NCBI GenBank assembly: GCA_024679065.1
Contig: JAGIQG010000001.1
Span: 123,132,001 to 123,196,000, forward strand
DNA from: Sphyrna mokarran
Lineage: Eukaryota
Direction: 5' to 3'
Length of the DNA: 64,000 bases
Below the pieces are notes generated by a model. The model had not been told where the DNA came from, searched no databases, and saw only the letters and a program-made list of their open reading frames with translations. Position numbers and translations under genes: made by a program. Positions 1 to 12,224 of this stretch are shown here, one piece after another (position 1 is the stretch's first letter; each line of letters opens with the position of its first letter).

Positions 1-61
1 CATCAAAAGGCAGCTGAATGATTGTCTTTCCTTGCAAAATGTGATTGAAATATGTTATACA

Positions 62-215
62 TTACAGCATTTATGAAGGAAGTAGATAAATATTTGGAAA
101 AGAAAAATATTTAACAACAGGGAAAAAGCAAAGGTGATTGGAATCGATATGTCACATAGTAAACAGCAGGACAAACACAGTGAACCAAATGATATTCTCT
201 GTGCTGAAATCTCTC
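62..215 (+). mobile_element. Degraded 3' tail of a CR1-type LINE
   Basis: 'acagcatttatgaaggaagtagataaatatttgg...acacagtgaaccaaatgatattctctgtgctg' resembles the CR1 ORF2 end and 3' UTR seen in better-preserved copies in this window. Confidence 0.5.
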
Positions 216-374
216 CTCAATTTTGGAAACTGTTCTGAGTTTTAGGGGTGAGGACAGGACCAGTATAAAGTTAGCACAAGTGACGGGGAACGTGAAATAT
301 GATTGGATGTTGCAGTGGTTCACTGGGGAAAGGAAAATTGTGCCCTCCAAATCCTTTTCAGCCCTTGAAATTTT

Positions 375-666
375 ATTCTGTTTATTTATTTATTAGTCAG
401 TAATAGGCTTACATTCACACTGCAATGATGTTACTGTGAAAATCCCCTAGTCATCACACTCCAGCACCTGTTCGGCTACACTGACGGAGAATTTAGTATG
501 ACCAATGCACCTAACCAGCAAGTTTTTCAGACTATGGGAGAAAACCGGAGCACCTGGAGGAAACCTATGCAGACACAGGGAGAACGCGCAAACTCCACAC
601 AGACAGTGACCAGATCCTTGGTGCTGTGAGGCAGCAGTGCTAACCACTGTGCCACCGTGCCACCCC
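375..666 (-). mobile_element. tRNA-derived V-SINE (HE1-like head) with a non-CR1 (TAAA)n tail
   Basis: Minus strand starts GGGGTGGCACGGTGGCACAGTGGTTAGCACTGCTGCCTCACAGC (A box), has the V-domain GTGGAGTTTGCGCGTTCTCCCTGTGTCTGC, and ends ...ctaataaataaataaa. Confidence 0.9.
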
Positions 667-757
667 ATGTGGGTGGGATTCAGCTTTGATAATTATCCAT
701 TGGACAGAAGATGTTCGTCATTTGGATTTTAAATGGTGTATTGTCGGACTTTTTAAA

Positions 758-1475
758 TCACAGAACCATAGGGTACAGAAAAAACCCTTTGGCCCATCAA
801 ATCTGCACTGGCACACGAGAAAAACACCTGAACTCCCACCTAATCCCATTTACCAGCACTTGGTCCATAGCCTTGAATGTTATGATGTGCCAAGTGCTTA
901 TCCATTTTAAAAGATGTGAGTCAACTTGCTTCCAGGACACTCCCAGGCAGCACATTCTAGACTATTACCACACCCTGGGGTTTTTTCTCACTTCTTCCCT
1001 AAATCACTTACCCTTCACCTTGAACCTATGTTCTCTCATGATTGATCCTTCAACTAAGGGGAACAGCTGCTCCTTATCCACCCTGTCAATGCCCCTCATA
1101 ATTCTCGATATCTCAATCAGGTTGCCCGTCTGTCTTCTCTGCACCAGTGAAAACACAAACCTATCCAACCTCTTTTCAAAATTTAGACCTTCCATCCTGG
1201 GCAGCATTCTGGTGAATTTCCTCTGCACCTCCTCCAGAGCAATCGCATCCTTTCGATAATGTAGCAACCAGAACTGCACACAGTACACTAGCTGTGGCCT
1301 CACCAAAGTTCTATATAACTCCCAACATGACTTCTCTGCTTTTGAGATCTATGCCTCAATTGATATTCGACACTTGCCTTTTTCACTACCCTTCCAATGT
1401 GCTCTTCTGCCGTCAGAGGTCTGTGGACAAGCACACAAAGGTACTTTTGTTCCACGGAACTTTCTAGTGTCATGT
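758..1475 (-). mobile_element. 5'-truncated CR1 (HER1-like) LINE
   Basis: ORF 1004-1306 MVRPQLVYCVQFWLLHYRKDAIALEEVQRKFTRMLP is the CR1 ORF2 C-terminus, followed by a CR1 3' UTR ending near 760. Confidence 0.92.
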
Positions 1476-2734
1476 GGTTCATTGAATACTTCCTTATCAA
1501 ATTACTCTTTTCAAAGCGAATCACCTCACGACTATTTGTGCTTATTTTTTCTTCTGAGAGTTGCGTTCTTCTGTGCCCTGTTTGCTGTGGTTCCTGATTG
1601 AATGTCAACAGTTCTCTTCAAATGTTTTGTTTGATTAAAGTGCAGCCACTTATTCTCCTACATGTGCTTGCTAGCCTTAGGTTTATTGTTGCTGTCAGGT
1701 GGAAATTGCATTTTTGTTCTTTCTATTCCTTATTAATTCACTCCAAAGCCAGATGGTGAACTAGGAAACGAGACACCAATCTTTTTACTTAATACTAGAT
1801 TTATTTGTCAGAATGCAACATTGCATTATATCTGCCTCCTCCCTAACCATTACCCAATGATTCAGCAGTCTTTCTTTATACTGTTTGAGTAAAACAAATG
1901 AACAGAAAGATCAGATTAAGAATTGAAACCAATTCAGTGGGGAGCGGTGGGGGGGGGGGTAGTCCTTTAAAGGGGCACCATCCAAAAACAAATTCACAAA
2001 GGAATCTTATAAAATTTTAAATCATATTGTGGTTTTTGGGGTCGATGATGCACCCCAGCCACTGTGGTGTCCACTGGCTATGGAAGGCCTCAAATCATGC
2101 AAGTGGACACTATACTCCACCTGTCTATAGACACTCAGCCAAGAGATACCTATAGAAGAGGGGCAGACAGTTGGACTAGAGGACCCCTTCAACTGGTCAA
2201 TGTCTGAACCTGTTAATGGCCAATTTGGCTAGCCCCACACGGAGGGTCCCCCCATCCCCATTCCTCATGCCTCTTCCCCCCTTCTCCCCACCAGGTGTCA
2301 AAAGATCAGGAGCATTGGGTTGAAGTATAAACAAAAGTTAAAGATTATTGAGAAAACCAGAAAGGAGATGCAAATGCCTGCAACCTATGTACATGTGGTC
2401 CATAAACTCTATAAGGCTGCAAAAATCTCCTGTGAGCCAAAGGCTCAACTAGGGTTGAATGGCATTTCTTTATACTGTTTTGACAAAATTTTAACAAAAT
2501 GAACAAAGAACAAAGATGAGTTGGCAACAGAATGCGGCTGCGCTAGTTCAGCCTGGGGTGTCTTCCAGCCTCAACAAGAAATGTTCTGTATAGTGAGAAA
2601 ACTTAGAAGAGTATGTGTCTAATAGCTTCAGCAAGCGTGAATGATCTGAAATGAAATTGTGTGGTTTCATTCTAACCTCTTAATGCAAACCATTGATTAA
2701 GATGTTGTTTTATTATTCCCCCATGCCCTGACTC

Positions 2735-2902
2735 AAACAAAGAACAAAGAACAAAACAGCACGGGAAACAGGCCCAACGAGCCCTCACTGCTACCTCGAT
2801 GTTCCCACTTCTACCCTTGATCCCTGTCTATGTTTATAGATCTGTGCATTGGAAACAAATTTGCGAGACAATTTAGGGAGAATTTGTTTTGCCAATCAGC
2901 CT
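2735..2902 (-). mobile_element. 3' part of a SINE with a CR1-like tail and (TTCTTTG)n end
   Basis: Near-identical to 33716-33880 (gatccctgtctatgtttatagatct...gagacaatttagggagaatttgttttgccaat); the same tail type occurs at 11226-11306. Confidence 0.8.
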
Positions 2903-5900
2903 TATCATCAGAACACCAATCACAACATATCAACAAATTAAGGAAATGGATAGTCCCTTCAAGGGACAAACAAAACCCCAAAAGGACACTGAATAATCTT
3001 CAAATCAGTCAGTTTCTAGGGAGAAATGACGCACTCCAACCCACGTGGTGTCCACTGATCATGGCAGAAGTCTTTCTTTCTATATGCACAAGGTACTTAG
3101 TCAGTCATTGCCCTTCACCTATGTATCCTTAACTCCAATAATAAAATTAATGTACCACTAACTGTCCTCAGAGTGAATCAATGGAGTTTTCTAATAATTC
3201 TATTCTGTTCTATGAGAGCCATACCAAGGCATGTCTTTGAGCAATAGCCACAGTAAAAGTCTCTTAAATGAGTGGCTACTGTATGGGCAGCACAGAGAAA
3301 TGGGGTTTACAATACGTTGAACTTCTAATTTAAGGAAACTGTCCAATTGATACATAAATATTGATTTTAGGTCCTGGAGAAGACAGGAAACATAACTTAA
3401 TGGAGTTATCACCTTTTAAGCATCCTGTTAGATTTTCCTTTTCACTTGACTTCACCATTGCTCATTTTTCACACCTATAAAAGTTAAAATCAGTTTTATA
3501 GTAATGATCAAGTGAGAAGTGGACAGTGGCAATAATTCAGAGGAAGGTACTTCCAGTCAATATCTTGGCATCATGAAGCTACCAGTAACTGGAAGGATTT
3601 AAAGGCAGGTTGCTTACAAGAATATGAGCTCAGCAAAAGTTGGAACTTTAATGTTGGGTAATAGAATTTTTGTTTGTTGATTGGGAATTGCGAATGGTAT
3701 GTTGAACCCTTGATGTTAAGATAAAGATGGCCATCATAAATTGAGTAGAAAAAAATCTAATAAAGGAGGTAGAGCAACCAAAAATTGAAAATTTGGTTCC
3801 ATCCAAGTTTTTAAAGTTGTAATTGCTATAAAGTGTCTTTATTATGCATTTTCTTATTTAAATCCATTGCTGATTTCATAATTAAGTGTTGTTACAGCAT
3901 CAGTTATTGTTGCCACTTGTGTATATTTGTATTTTACCATTATTATTTCTGATTCTTTGCTATTGCTGTTATTTTGATGTTTAAGTAGCTGCTCCTGATT
4001 TTGGGTCCCTACTTTATTTTAAATTTCATTATTTTTATGAAGAAATTTAACTTTCACAACATGTTTTGACTACCTTTCAGTGGTCAAGTTACTACAGTAA
4101 TGTCTGCACAGAATCTAAAGTATTCAAGTAGTCTCTGCAGTTCACCTGAAAGCATTTGCAAGACAATAGATTTGTGGATTGCTGGTTTTCAATATAAGTA
4201 CTGGCTCTGGAATACAGTAGTTCTTTTGCCAGGTAGTTTTGGGTTATTTACACACTGTAAAATGTAGTCCTATTGTAAGTTCAGATTGGCCATAACTCCC
4301 AAAAACTGGCGGTTCAGATGCTCATATTAAGGTTCAGGTGACAACTTGGTCCTGAACACCTAGAGAAAGATTAATATTTTTCTGACATGCTAAAGCAAAT
4401 CTCTTTGCACGGTGTAGTTGGGCGAGTTCTTCTGTTCTTAAAGCAGCATTTGATAGCCCACATACACAGCCATTTCCTCTGAACTTACTGACACATTTGC
4501 AATGGTTCAATAGTGAAGAGACTTCCCCAAACCTGTGATCTTTGAAGTAATCTGTGTTAATGGTTCCAGTTGGACACATCTTTGCATTTGATGCAGAGTT
4601 CATTTCCGCCTTGCTGTGAATTCTTATATTTTATCCTTACTAATCTGTAACAAGAATAGAAAGAATTTAAAGCACATTGGGCTATTAATATAAGGCTCCC
4701 TAGTGTTGAATATATGTGCTATGTCAATGTTAAATTGGAGAAATCCAATTCAGAATTTCTGAGGTAAGGATTTACACAGAAATTAGCCAGAAGTGATAAC
4801 TTCCTACTTCCTTCCAGAGGAAGTTATCACTTGAGAACCCTGAGAACCATTCGAAAAAGTGACTTAAATCACTAACTTCAGATGCTTCTCCAAGGTTTAT
4901 ACTAATAGTTACTTAGAAAAAGTTGTAAGAAATAAAACCGGTGTCTGCATGGGACTTGCCCACACTCCCCCAGTGACCCCCTGTTATTGTCATCGTCCTC
5001 TGTTCATTGTTGCATCTCCCAGTGATTTTCCCACCCCACAACACGACCCCCCCGCCCGCAACTTTGCAATTCTTTCCATGTTTCAACCACCCATATACCC
5101 AAATAGGAATTGTTTTATAAGCAATTTTTGCATGCAAAATGGTCAATTTGTTGTGGTTTAGAATGTTTGTCTCAGGAGAAATCTGTATGCACACCATAAG
5201 ATGCCAGAGGGAACACAAAAATTGTACATACTTTCTATGCTTCATAGGTACAGACATTGGACTATTTGTCAATACTATATTTGTGCAATCATCTCCGTAA
5301 AAAATATAATCATGTTGTAGATGGACAAGTGGCACTGGAAGATATGCATATTTATAAACAAATGTGTTTACACATTTACACATAATTGCTTTCTATATAA
5401 TTGGCAAAATCTGTCTTTTTGAAAGTCATTTTCACCTTTCTGTTGAGTTCAGAGAAAAATCATGCAGGTTCTATAATTGGTAAGTTATTTGCTCTGTCAG
5501 TTTTGCCACCCAGGTGGCAAAAGTGAAAATGATGAACTTTTGGTTCCTTGTTCGCCTTGATTGGTGAAATGAAATCTGCTGAATTGTAAAACTGCCCCTT
5601 CTCCCCACACACCCACCCACATACATATATCTATATTTCTTTCAGTAATTCATAATGTCAATTTTTTCCTATTTTATAATTTTAAAATACTGTTGAATAG
5701 TAGCTAGAGTTTGAAAAGTGATAAATTTCATAATCAGAAACTAAATTTACATTACTGATGTGAGACAATATACAGCTGTATGATCAGGCAGCTTCTTCAT
5801 TAACTATTCTAAATGAAAATACCACTGCAGTCTGATTGTGCATTTTCAATTAGTTGAATCAATTAAATTTAAAACAAAAATCAGAAATTACAATTAAATT

Positions 5901-6345
5901 CAGATCCAGGTAAATACCGAACTCCATCATGCATACAGTATTTTGACTATTTATGCTGTTGAAATCATTCTGTGCCTGCTTTAAGGGATGATTCGCATAC
6001 TTTCAGTTATTTATCTGACCTATGGCAGCATTACATTCACTTGTGCAGAATTATGCACTAAATGGTGATTAGTTCAACGACAAACATCAATATACAAATG
6101 TACAAAATATTAACTTTAATCAACTTAATGAATAAACTATCTACACAGAAGAGGTTTTAGGCTGTATTAACATCATACAAGAGGAAAATGATATTCTATA
6201 GATGGAAAATAAATTGACTTAGAAACATTATTGTTAGGAAATTACTTTAAAATATCTGTAACATTTACAGTTGTCTTCAAAAATGTTTGAACAGAATTTT
6301 ACATGTTTGCCTCATTTGTAAAGGGTTAGCTGTAATTTTCATGGG

Positions 6346-9300
6346 TGTAGTAGCAAGCCCCTTTAAGGGGTGCATATCATGTGACCTGATCACCCAATTG
6401 GAACAGAGCTTTGCAGCCGGATTGATCCTGGAACTGAGGACATCAATTCAAGTACTCTGTATAATATTGTAAATAGTAATAAAGCCACTGTTGCGTGTTA
6501 GCTGACTGGTGATTGCCAATTGTTGCATTTACTCTATTGTTGATGAGGTAAACAACAAAAACTCAGATTGCAATGAAAAATTAAAGGAAACTTCATTTAC
6601 AAGCATTGCAGAACAAGTCCAATTGAGTCCAGCCTGCAGAAGAGGGAAAAGTAGATGTGCCTCTCCTTTGAAAATTAGAGGCTTTCAAAGCTGCCACAGA
6701 AGGCTTGGTAGTGTATGTGTAACATTTAGAACATGCTTTCTGTGCTAATGGAATAGTGGAGGAGGGTAAGAAGAACGTTGTATTGCTAACTGCATGTGGC
6801 ACCCAAAATTTAACATCCACAGGTACTCCCGACACTAGAACGTGGCGAGCTTGTTGAGCTGGTAAAGAGGCATTACCACCCTAAGCTCTGAGTGACCTGA
6901 CAAAGATACAAATTCAAATCCATGCAAAGAAGGTCTCCCGGGGAGACCATTACCATCTTTATAACAAGACTATGACAAATTGGAGAGCATTGTGACTTTG
7001 GATCAACATTGAATGAAAGGGACTGATGGGTATGTGATGTATATAGAGAAAAATGTTACCTGAATCAGAGATAACTTTTGAAAAGCACTGGAAATGGTGT
7101 CAGTGATGGAGAGCACTGAAAAAGGTGCCCAGGAGCTTCAAAGTATGGAGAGTAATGAGGCCCACCAGTTAGGGTGAGAAGTGAAGGTGCTGGTTTAAGT
7201 AGAAACATAAATGCAGAAAGTGGAAGATTCACAAAGTATAGTAGAATTTAAGTAACAGCCTGGGAATAATGCAGAGTGCTATTGGTGCAGGGGAAGTCAC
7301 TCTCTGGAAATATGCAGATTTAGAGAAGTAGAGTACTTTGTTTGTGGAAGTAGAGGACATTTGAAGTAGAAAGATAAAAACAGTACCAACAGAGTTAACA
7401 ATCCAGTACCAATGCGTACTATGGAGGATTGCCAAACTGGTGAAGAGAGCATTTTGTCGCTGAATAAGATGAAAGTGGGCAAGGTAGTCCCCATCACAGT
7501 GATGTTGTTAGTGAATAGCCATGGGACACAGACACCCCACCTCATCTCTCCGCTCCCCCCCCCTACACAGCCACGGCAGGCAGACCCTCCTTCCTCAATC
7601 TGCTCCAATCGCTGTCCTCCCTTTATCCCTAACCAATCTAGTCTGCAGAGTGGCAGCAGGTTTGCCTTATGGCCCTGCCCTTTGGCATTCCCGAAGCCTG
7701 GTCAGCAAAACCAAGGTGCCCCATGGGCACTTTACCCCTTGGGCAATGCCAGGGTACCCATGCCCAGAGGGCACAATCCTTTGCTTCCTTATCCTCTGGA
7801 TTGCCCTCCCTTTCACATCAGTGGGGCCTCCTGTTATTTCCTCAAAAATGAAGAGCTGCTCTAAACCCTGCCAGAGTGAATTTGTATTGGTGAGGCGGGA
7901 GATGCTATTGGGCTTGGAAAATTTGGTTGTGGGCTGATAATGACATTTAAATTGTATTAAAATAAGACTTAAAGTACTTACCTGCTAGTCCTGCAGATTT
8001 TGTGTACGCCATGATATCCAGCAGTGGGAGATTCGTATGCATTGGAAACGCATGTGCGAATTCCGCAAATTGATGCATGCACATATCTTCCAGCTTGACT
8101 CAGCAAAAGAATTTAGTGAGTCGGAAAGGGAGAATCGTGCCCCCATATCTGCAGTGACTACAAGCTGATGGTGAAACTGGCTGTGAAACTGGATAGGTAC
8201 CCCATCTCCAAAATAGAGGATTGGTATGTGAAATTTGATGGGGATCTGACAGTTTCAAATTGGACATGAATCATGCATAACAACAGTTAACCTGAATGAT
8301 AAATCAAGAGGATATGTCACCATATCTACTCATAAGGGAGATATCCTAATATTCACATAGACTGTTTGATATTTTGTCAAATAGCTTCATTTTCCAGTGA
8401 ACAAAAGAGAATTTGCTGCAGGGTTTTCCTGGAGTTGTTTATTTGGACAGTGGTTTAATAATAGAATCCACAATTTTTTCCAATTTGGATAAGGTTTTGA
8501 AGAGATTTATGAGGTAGGAGTGTACCTCAAATGAAAAAAAGAGTGCTTTCTGAGCAAATGGCTTATCTTGATCATTGGGTGGATGCTCAGGGGTTACACC
8601 TGTTGAAGGAAAAGTAAGAATGATTAAGCATGTGGTGCCCCTAGGAACACCTCAGAATTCAGATCCCCTCCTTGGAGTGGTGAGCTATTTGGTAAGTCCC
8701 TCCTAAATGTGTCTACATTGCTAACATCATTGCATGTGCTTTTAAAGAAGTACCAGCAATGGTACTGGAAAGCACCACAAAAAGAGGCTTTAAAAATTTA
8801 AGTAGGCACTTGAGTCATTATGATTATTAATGCATTTTTCCCCCTCTAGGAAAGTAGTACTTACATGCAACCAGCTTATAGGATTGTGGCCGTGTTGTGC
8901 CACACAACAGATGATAGGTCCAAGAGACCCACTGGATATGTATGAAGAACCCTATTAGATGTAGAAAGAGGTGTGGGTACTTCCATGATAAAAAAAAAGG
9001 CCTAGCTGTTATCTAGACCATCAAGAAGTTTCATCAATCCACATTTGGGAGATATTTTAATATTATCACAGACCACAAGCTACTTCTGGGCTTTTCAAAG
9101 AAGACATAGTGATTCTGCCGCTTGCTTCTGCTGGAATACAAGAATGGGCACATTTCTTATCACCTATTGGATATACCTTTGAACATTGGCTTGGGGTTCA
9201 CATAGCTACCATGGAGACCCACTATTATTGAGGATTAAACATATGATACTACATGGGGGGGGCAGGATGAGACAGCATTGGAGGAAATGAAATCCTATCA

Positions 9301-10580
9301 GCTCAGGAAAGATGGGCTTGATTATAAGCATGGTGTTGTCATCCTTGGGGAGCGAGAGTGGCTGATTCCATTTCAGGAAGAACTGTATAGTGCCCATGCA
9401 GGCATGTCAAAGATGAAAATGCTGGCCTGACATCGATGCTGATATGGAAAAAGGATTGTCAAACAATATGACTAGTGCCAATTACAGCAGAAGTTACCTG
9501 CTACAACACCCAGGTTGGCTGGGATGAGAGCTCGCATTGATTATGTTGATCCATTTATGTTTGCAGTATTCCTTTTGTGAGTGAATACTCATTCGAAATG
9601 GATGGAGGTATTCAAAATTCAGTCCACAACTTCATATGCCACAATTGAGAAACTGTGTTAATTTTTTGCTACCAATGGCATACCAGAAGTAGTTGTCTCA
9701 GACATGTAACAGAGTTTATAAGTGTTGAATTTCACAGATTCCCCTCATCTAACAGACTGGCTAGCACACAGGTTAGACTTTCAAGACTGGTATGAAGAAA
9801 CAACCACCTGCATCACTAGGAACCAAGATAGCACGAGGAACCATGATTTGACAAAATTGGAAAGACTATTTGAGATAAGTAATTCAGTTTTTGTAAAGAA
9901 TTTTGGAAGTGGACCAAGTTGGCTCCCAGGACAGAGCCACTGTTCTATGAATTGAAAGTGCGGAATAAGTTTCTGAAGAAACACATAGATCATCTGCAGA
10001 GATGGGAGGCAGTGCCACTGCCAGATCCAATTGTACCAGCAAATAATGATGTTTGTCCAAGGACTGTAAAAACTGCTTCATCAGTAATAGATAAAGTGCT
10101 GCTCCCAGTAAAACCATAGAAATAGCAGAAGGTGATAGTGCTGGTACCAAGAAAGAGTCTGGGGAAAGCAAATCCAACTGTAACTACCTCTACAGTTGAA
10201 CCTCAATCAATTGAGCAACGTTGCTCCCAGAGAAAGAGAGAGTCCACTGACAGACTGAGTTTCTAATAAACTGTGTTAAAAGTGTTCATTATTGATAACA
10301 TTTTGAAATTGTATAAGTTATAAATGCATAGATGATAAGAGACTTAGAGAGAGGGAAGTAGTAGCTAGCTCCTTTAAGGGACCCACATCAGTAGGGTCAT
10401 GTGACCCAATTGTCTGATGGGGAATAAGCATGGGTGTCTCTGGGCAGAGTTGCAGCCAGATTGATCCGAGAGCTGAGAATGAACACATTGGCAAAACACT
10501 TTGTTTATAGTTATAAATAGTAATAAATCTGTTGTTGTTTGTTAGTTAATTGGTAGTTGTCAATTATTGCATTTACTACA
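6346..10580 (+). mobile_element. Degenerate Gypsy/Ty3 LTR retrotransposon with both LTRs
   Basis: LTRs at 6346-6536 and 10357-10580 share 'tagtagc..cctttaaggg..catgtgacc..ttgcagcc.gattgatcc..taaatagtaataaa..ttgcatttact'. A PBS-like ttgttgatgagg follows LTR1 and a purine tract precedes LTR2. Internal relics: gag, RT (DYKLMVKLAVKLDRYPISKIED at about 8156, YLDS at about 8440), RNase H and integrase (SKWMEV at about 9592), with many stops and frameshifts. Confidence 0.88.
7525..8145. mobile_element. Non-autonomous MITE-like insertion in Gypsy pol
   Basis: GC-richer segment between protease and RT, ending gggagaatcgtgccc like other GGG..AATT/ATTCTCC-ended elements here; contains tgccc/gggca motifs. 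Confidence 0.55.
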
Positions 10581-10594
10581 ATAGATAATAACTA

Positions 10595-11502
10595 ATCTTG
10601 ATCCATGTGACCTGACCTGATTCTTGACCTGAAAACAGTAAAAACTGGAGGGAAGTTAAGGCCAGAAACCATGTGGCCAGATGCAAAGGAGAATAACAAA
10701 GAGAAGAGCTGCAGGGTGAAGACATTGCTTCAGTCACAAAGCAAAAACAGATTGAGAGAAGAGGATCTTTTGAGATGAAGAAGTACATCACTTTCAGGAA
10801 GAAGTCAATTTTCTGTTTGGCAGAAAAGGAGCCTAGAATTCTTGGAGGCAATGTAGGAGCTAGCTAAAAAGATTTAAAAACTGGAAAGTCCTGTGAATAG
10901 CTCAAAGGTGCTAAAGAGCTATGTTTTTTTCTTCAGAACTGGCCAGCTCTTGATTCGTTGTGTTATCCCTTTGTTGGTTGAAAAGGAACACTCGAAAGCT
11001 GCACCATCAGGACTATGAAGCAAAGTGGGTTCATTGGAATGTGTCTTCCTGAAACTGTTAGGTGAAGGCTGCTGTTGGAAATAACTGCTAACTTACCCTA
11101 CATGAATAAAAAGCAGTATGGTATGGAAGTATGCCACATGCCCACAGTAAGTGATGTGGGTGATTATATATGGGAATCTTCCACAATAGGCATAGCCTAA
11201 AGTCATGGATATGTCATTAAGACGTTAGGACGGCGGCGCGGGCTCGTTGGGCCGAAGGGCCTGTTTCCCGTGCTGTGTTGCTCTTTGATCTTTGTTCTTT
11301 GTTCTATTATGATTATATAAGAAGCATCTTTGCTGTATTGACTGTTTAAAATGAAATTTGTTTTTCCATGTCAAGTAAAATTTACTTATTGGTTCACGTG
11401 TAACTTGCTACACAAATTGGAATACTGTTGGTAATTTCTTCATTGGGGGTCATTCATTAAATTTGGATTTTGATTTAAGATTTCCCCATGGGTATTGTAA
11501 CA
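10595..11502 (+). repeat. Probable solo LTR-like repeat with a SINE/LINE tail inserted
   Basis: Purine-rich U3-like 5' part with catgtgacc, AT-rich 3' part, ends ...ttgtaaca; interrupted at 11226-11306. Confidence 0.35.
11226..11306 (+). mobile_element. Short CR1/SINE 3' tail
   Basis: ggcgcgggctcgttgggccgaagggcctgtttcccgtgctgt followed by (tctttg(t/a))n; CpG-rich, so probably young. Confidence 0.8.
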
Positions 11503-12113
11503 ATTAGTACTATTTAAAATACGTTAAGTAACTTTTTATTTGTAGGGTCAGGAAGTTGTGACTACCACTTCAGAGGTATCTACAGCATGCAATGAATCCG
11601 TGCCAATGGAAATTCCTTAGTCCACCCGTGCTAGTGTTACAACTTGAAGCTAGTGAAGCACCAGGAATCTCAAACCTACTCATTTTTAAATGTATGTCAG
11701 ATTAATACTTTTTATGGTTTATGCATAAAACCTCACTCATTATATTGCTGTCATTAGTAGTTCACTGTGACAGGCAGCAAATAAGTTCAAACAGAAATGA
11801 GTCATTGTGGTTATTCTTTAGATGTTCACAACTGCTGTAAGTTGTGTGCTGAAAAGTCAATATTAACATTCCTGCTACATCCATCATGGCTACAAGGCTA
11901 CAGATTATTTTTAAATGCATTCATTTGACAGACATGACTGATATAGAACACCTTTCACATACAATTTACTGATGTCGGTCATGAGATTTCCCACTGAGGC
12001 TATTTTTTTAGTTGACAAAGTATGTTTTCATCATTTGGGCTTTTATATATTAAAAAAACAACAGCACTGTTTTTTGCTTTAGAAACATGAGCAATAGTAG
12101 TAACATGGAAGAT

Positions 12114-12224
12114 AGTCTGCAATAGGGGAGGACAAGCTGTAACTCTGTATACATAGGGGAAAAACAGTTTGTCAGAATATGTTTCTCAAATTATATGTAT
12201 CTAAAATTAAATGGATTAACTTGC
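12114..12224 (+). repeat. 110-bp direct repeat, copy A
   Basis: Matches 14586-14695 with one substitution and one 1-bp indel. Confidence 0.95.

Noticed and set aside
711-1259. 182-aa plus-strand ORF, the longest in the window
   Set aside because: It is the antisense frame of a CR1 ORF2 fragment, not a host gene.
4913-5383. 156-aa minus-strand ORF
   Set aside because: No recognisable motif; it partly runs through a low-complexity C-rich tract and has no clear splice signals.
7412-7937. 150-aa and 138-aa Pro-rich ORFs
   Set aside because: Chance read-through from the Gypsy protease start into a GC-rich MITE insertion.
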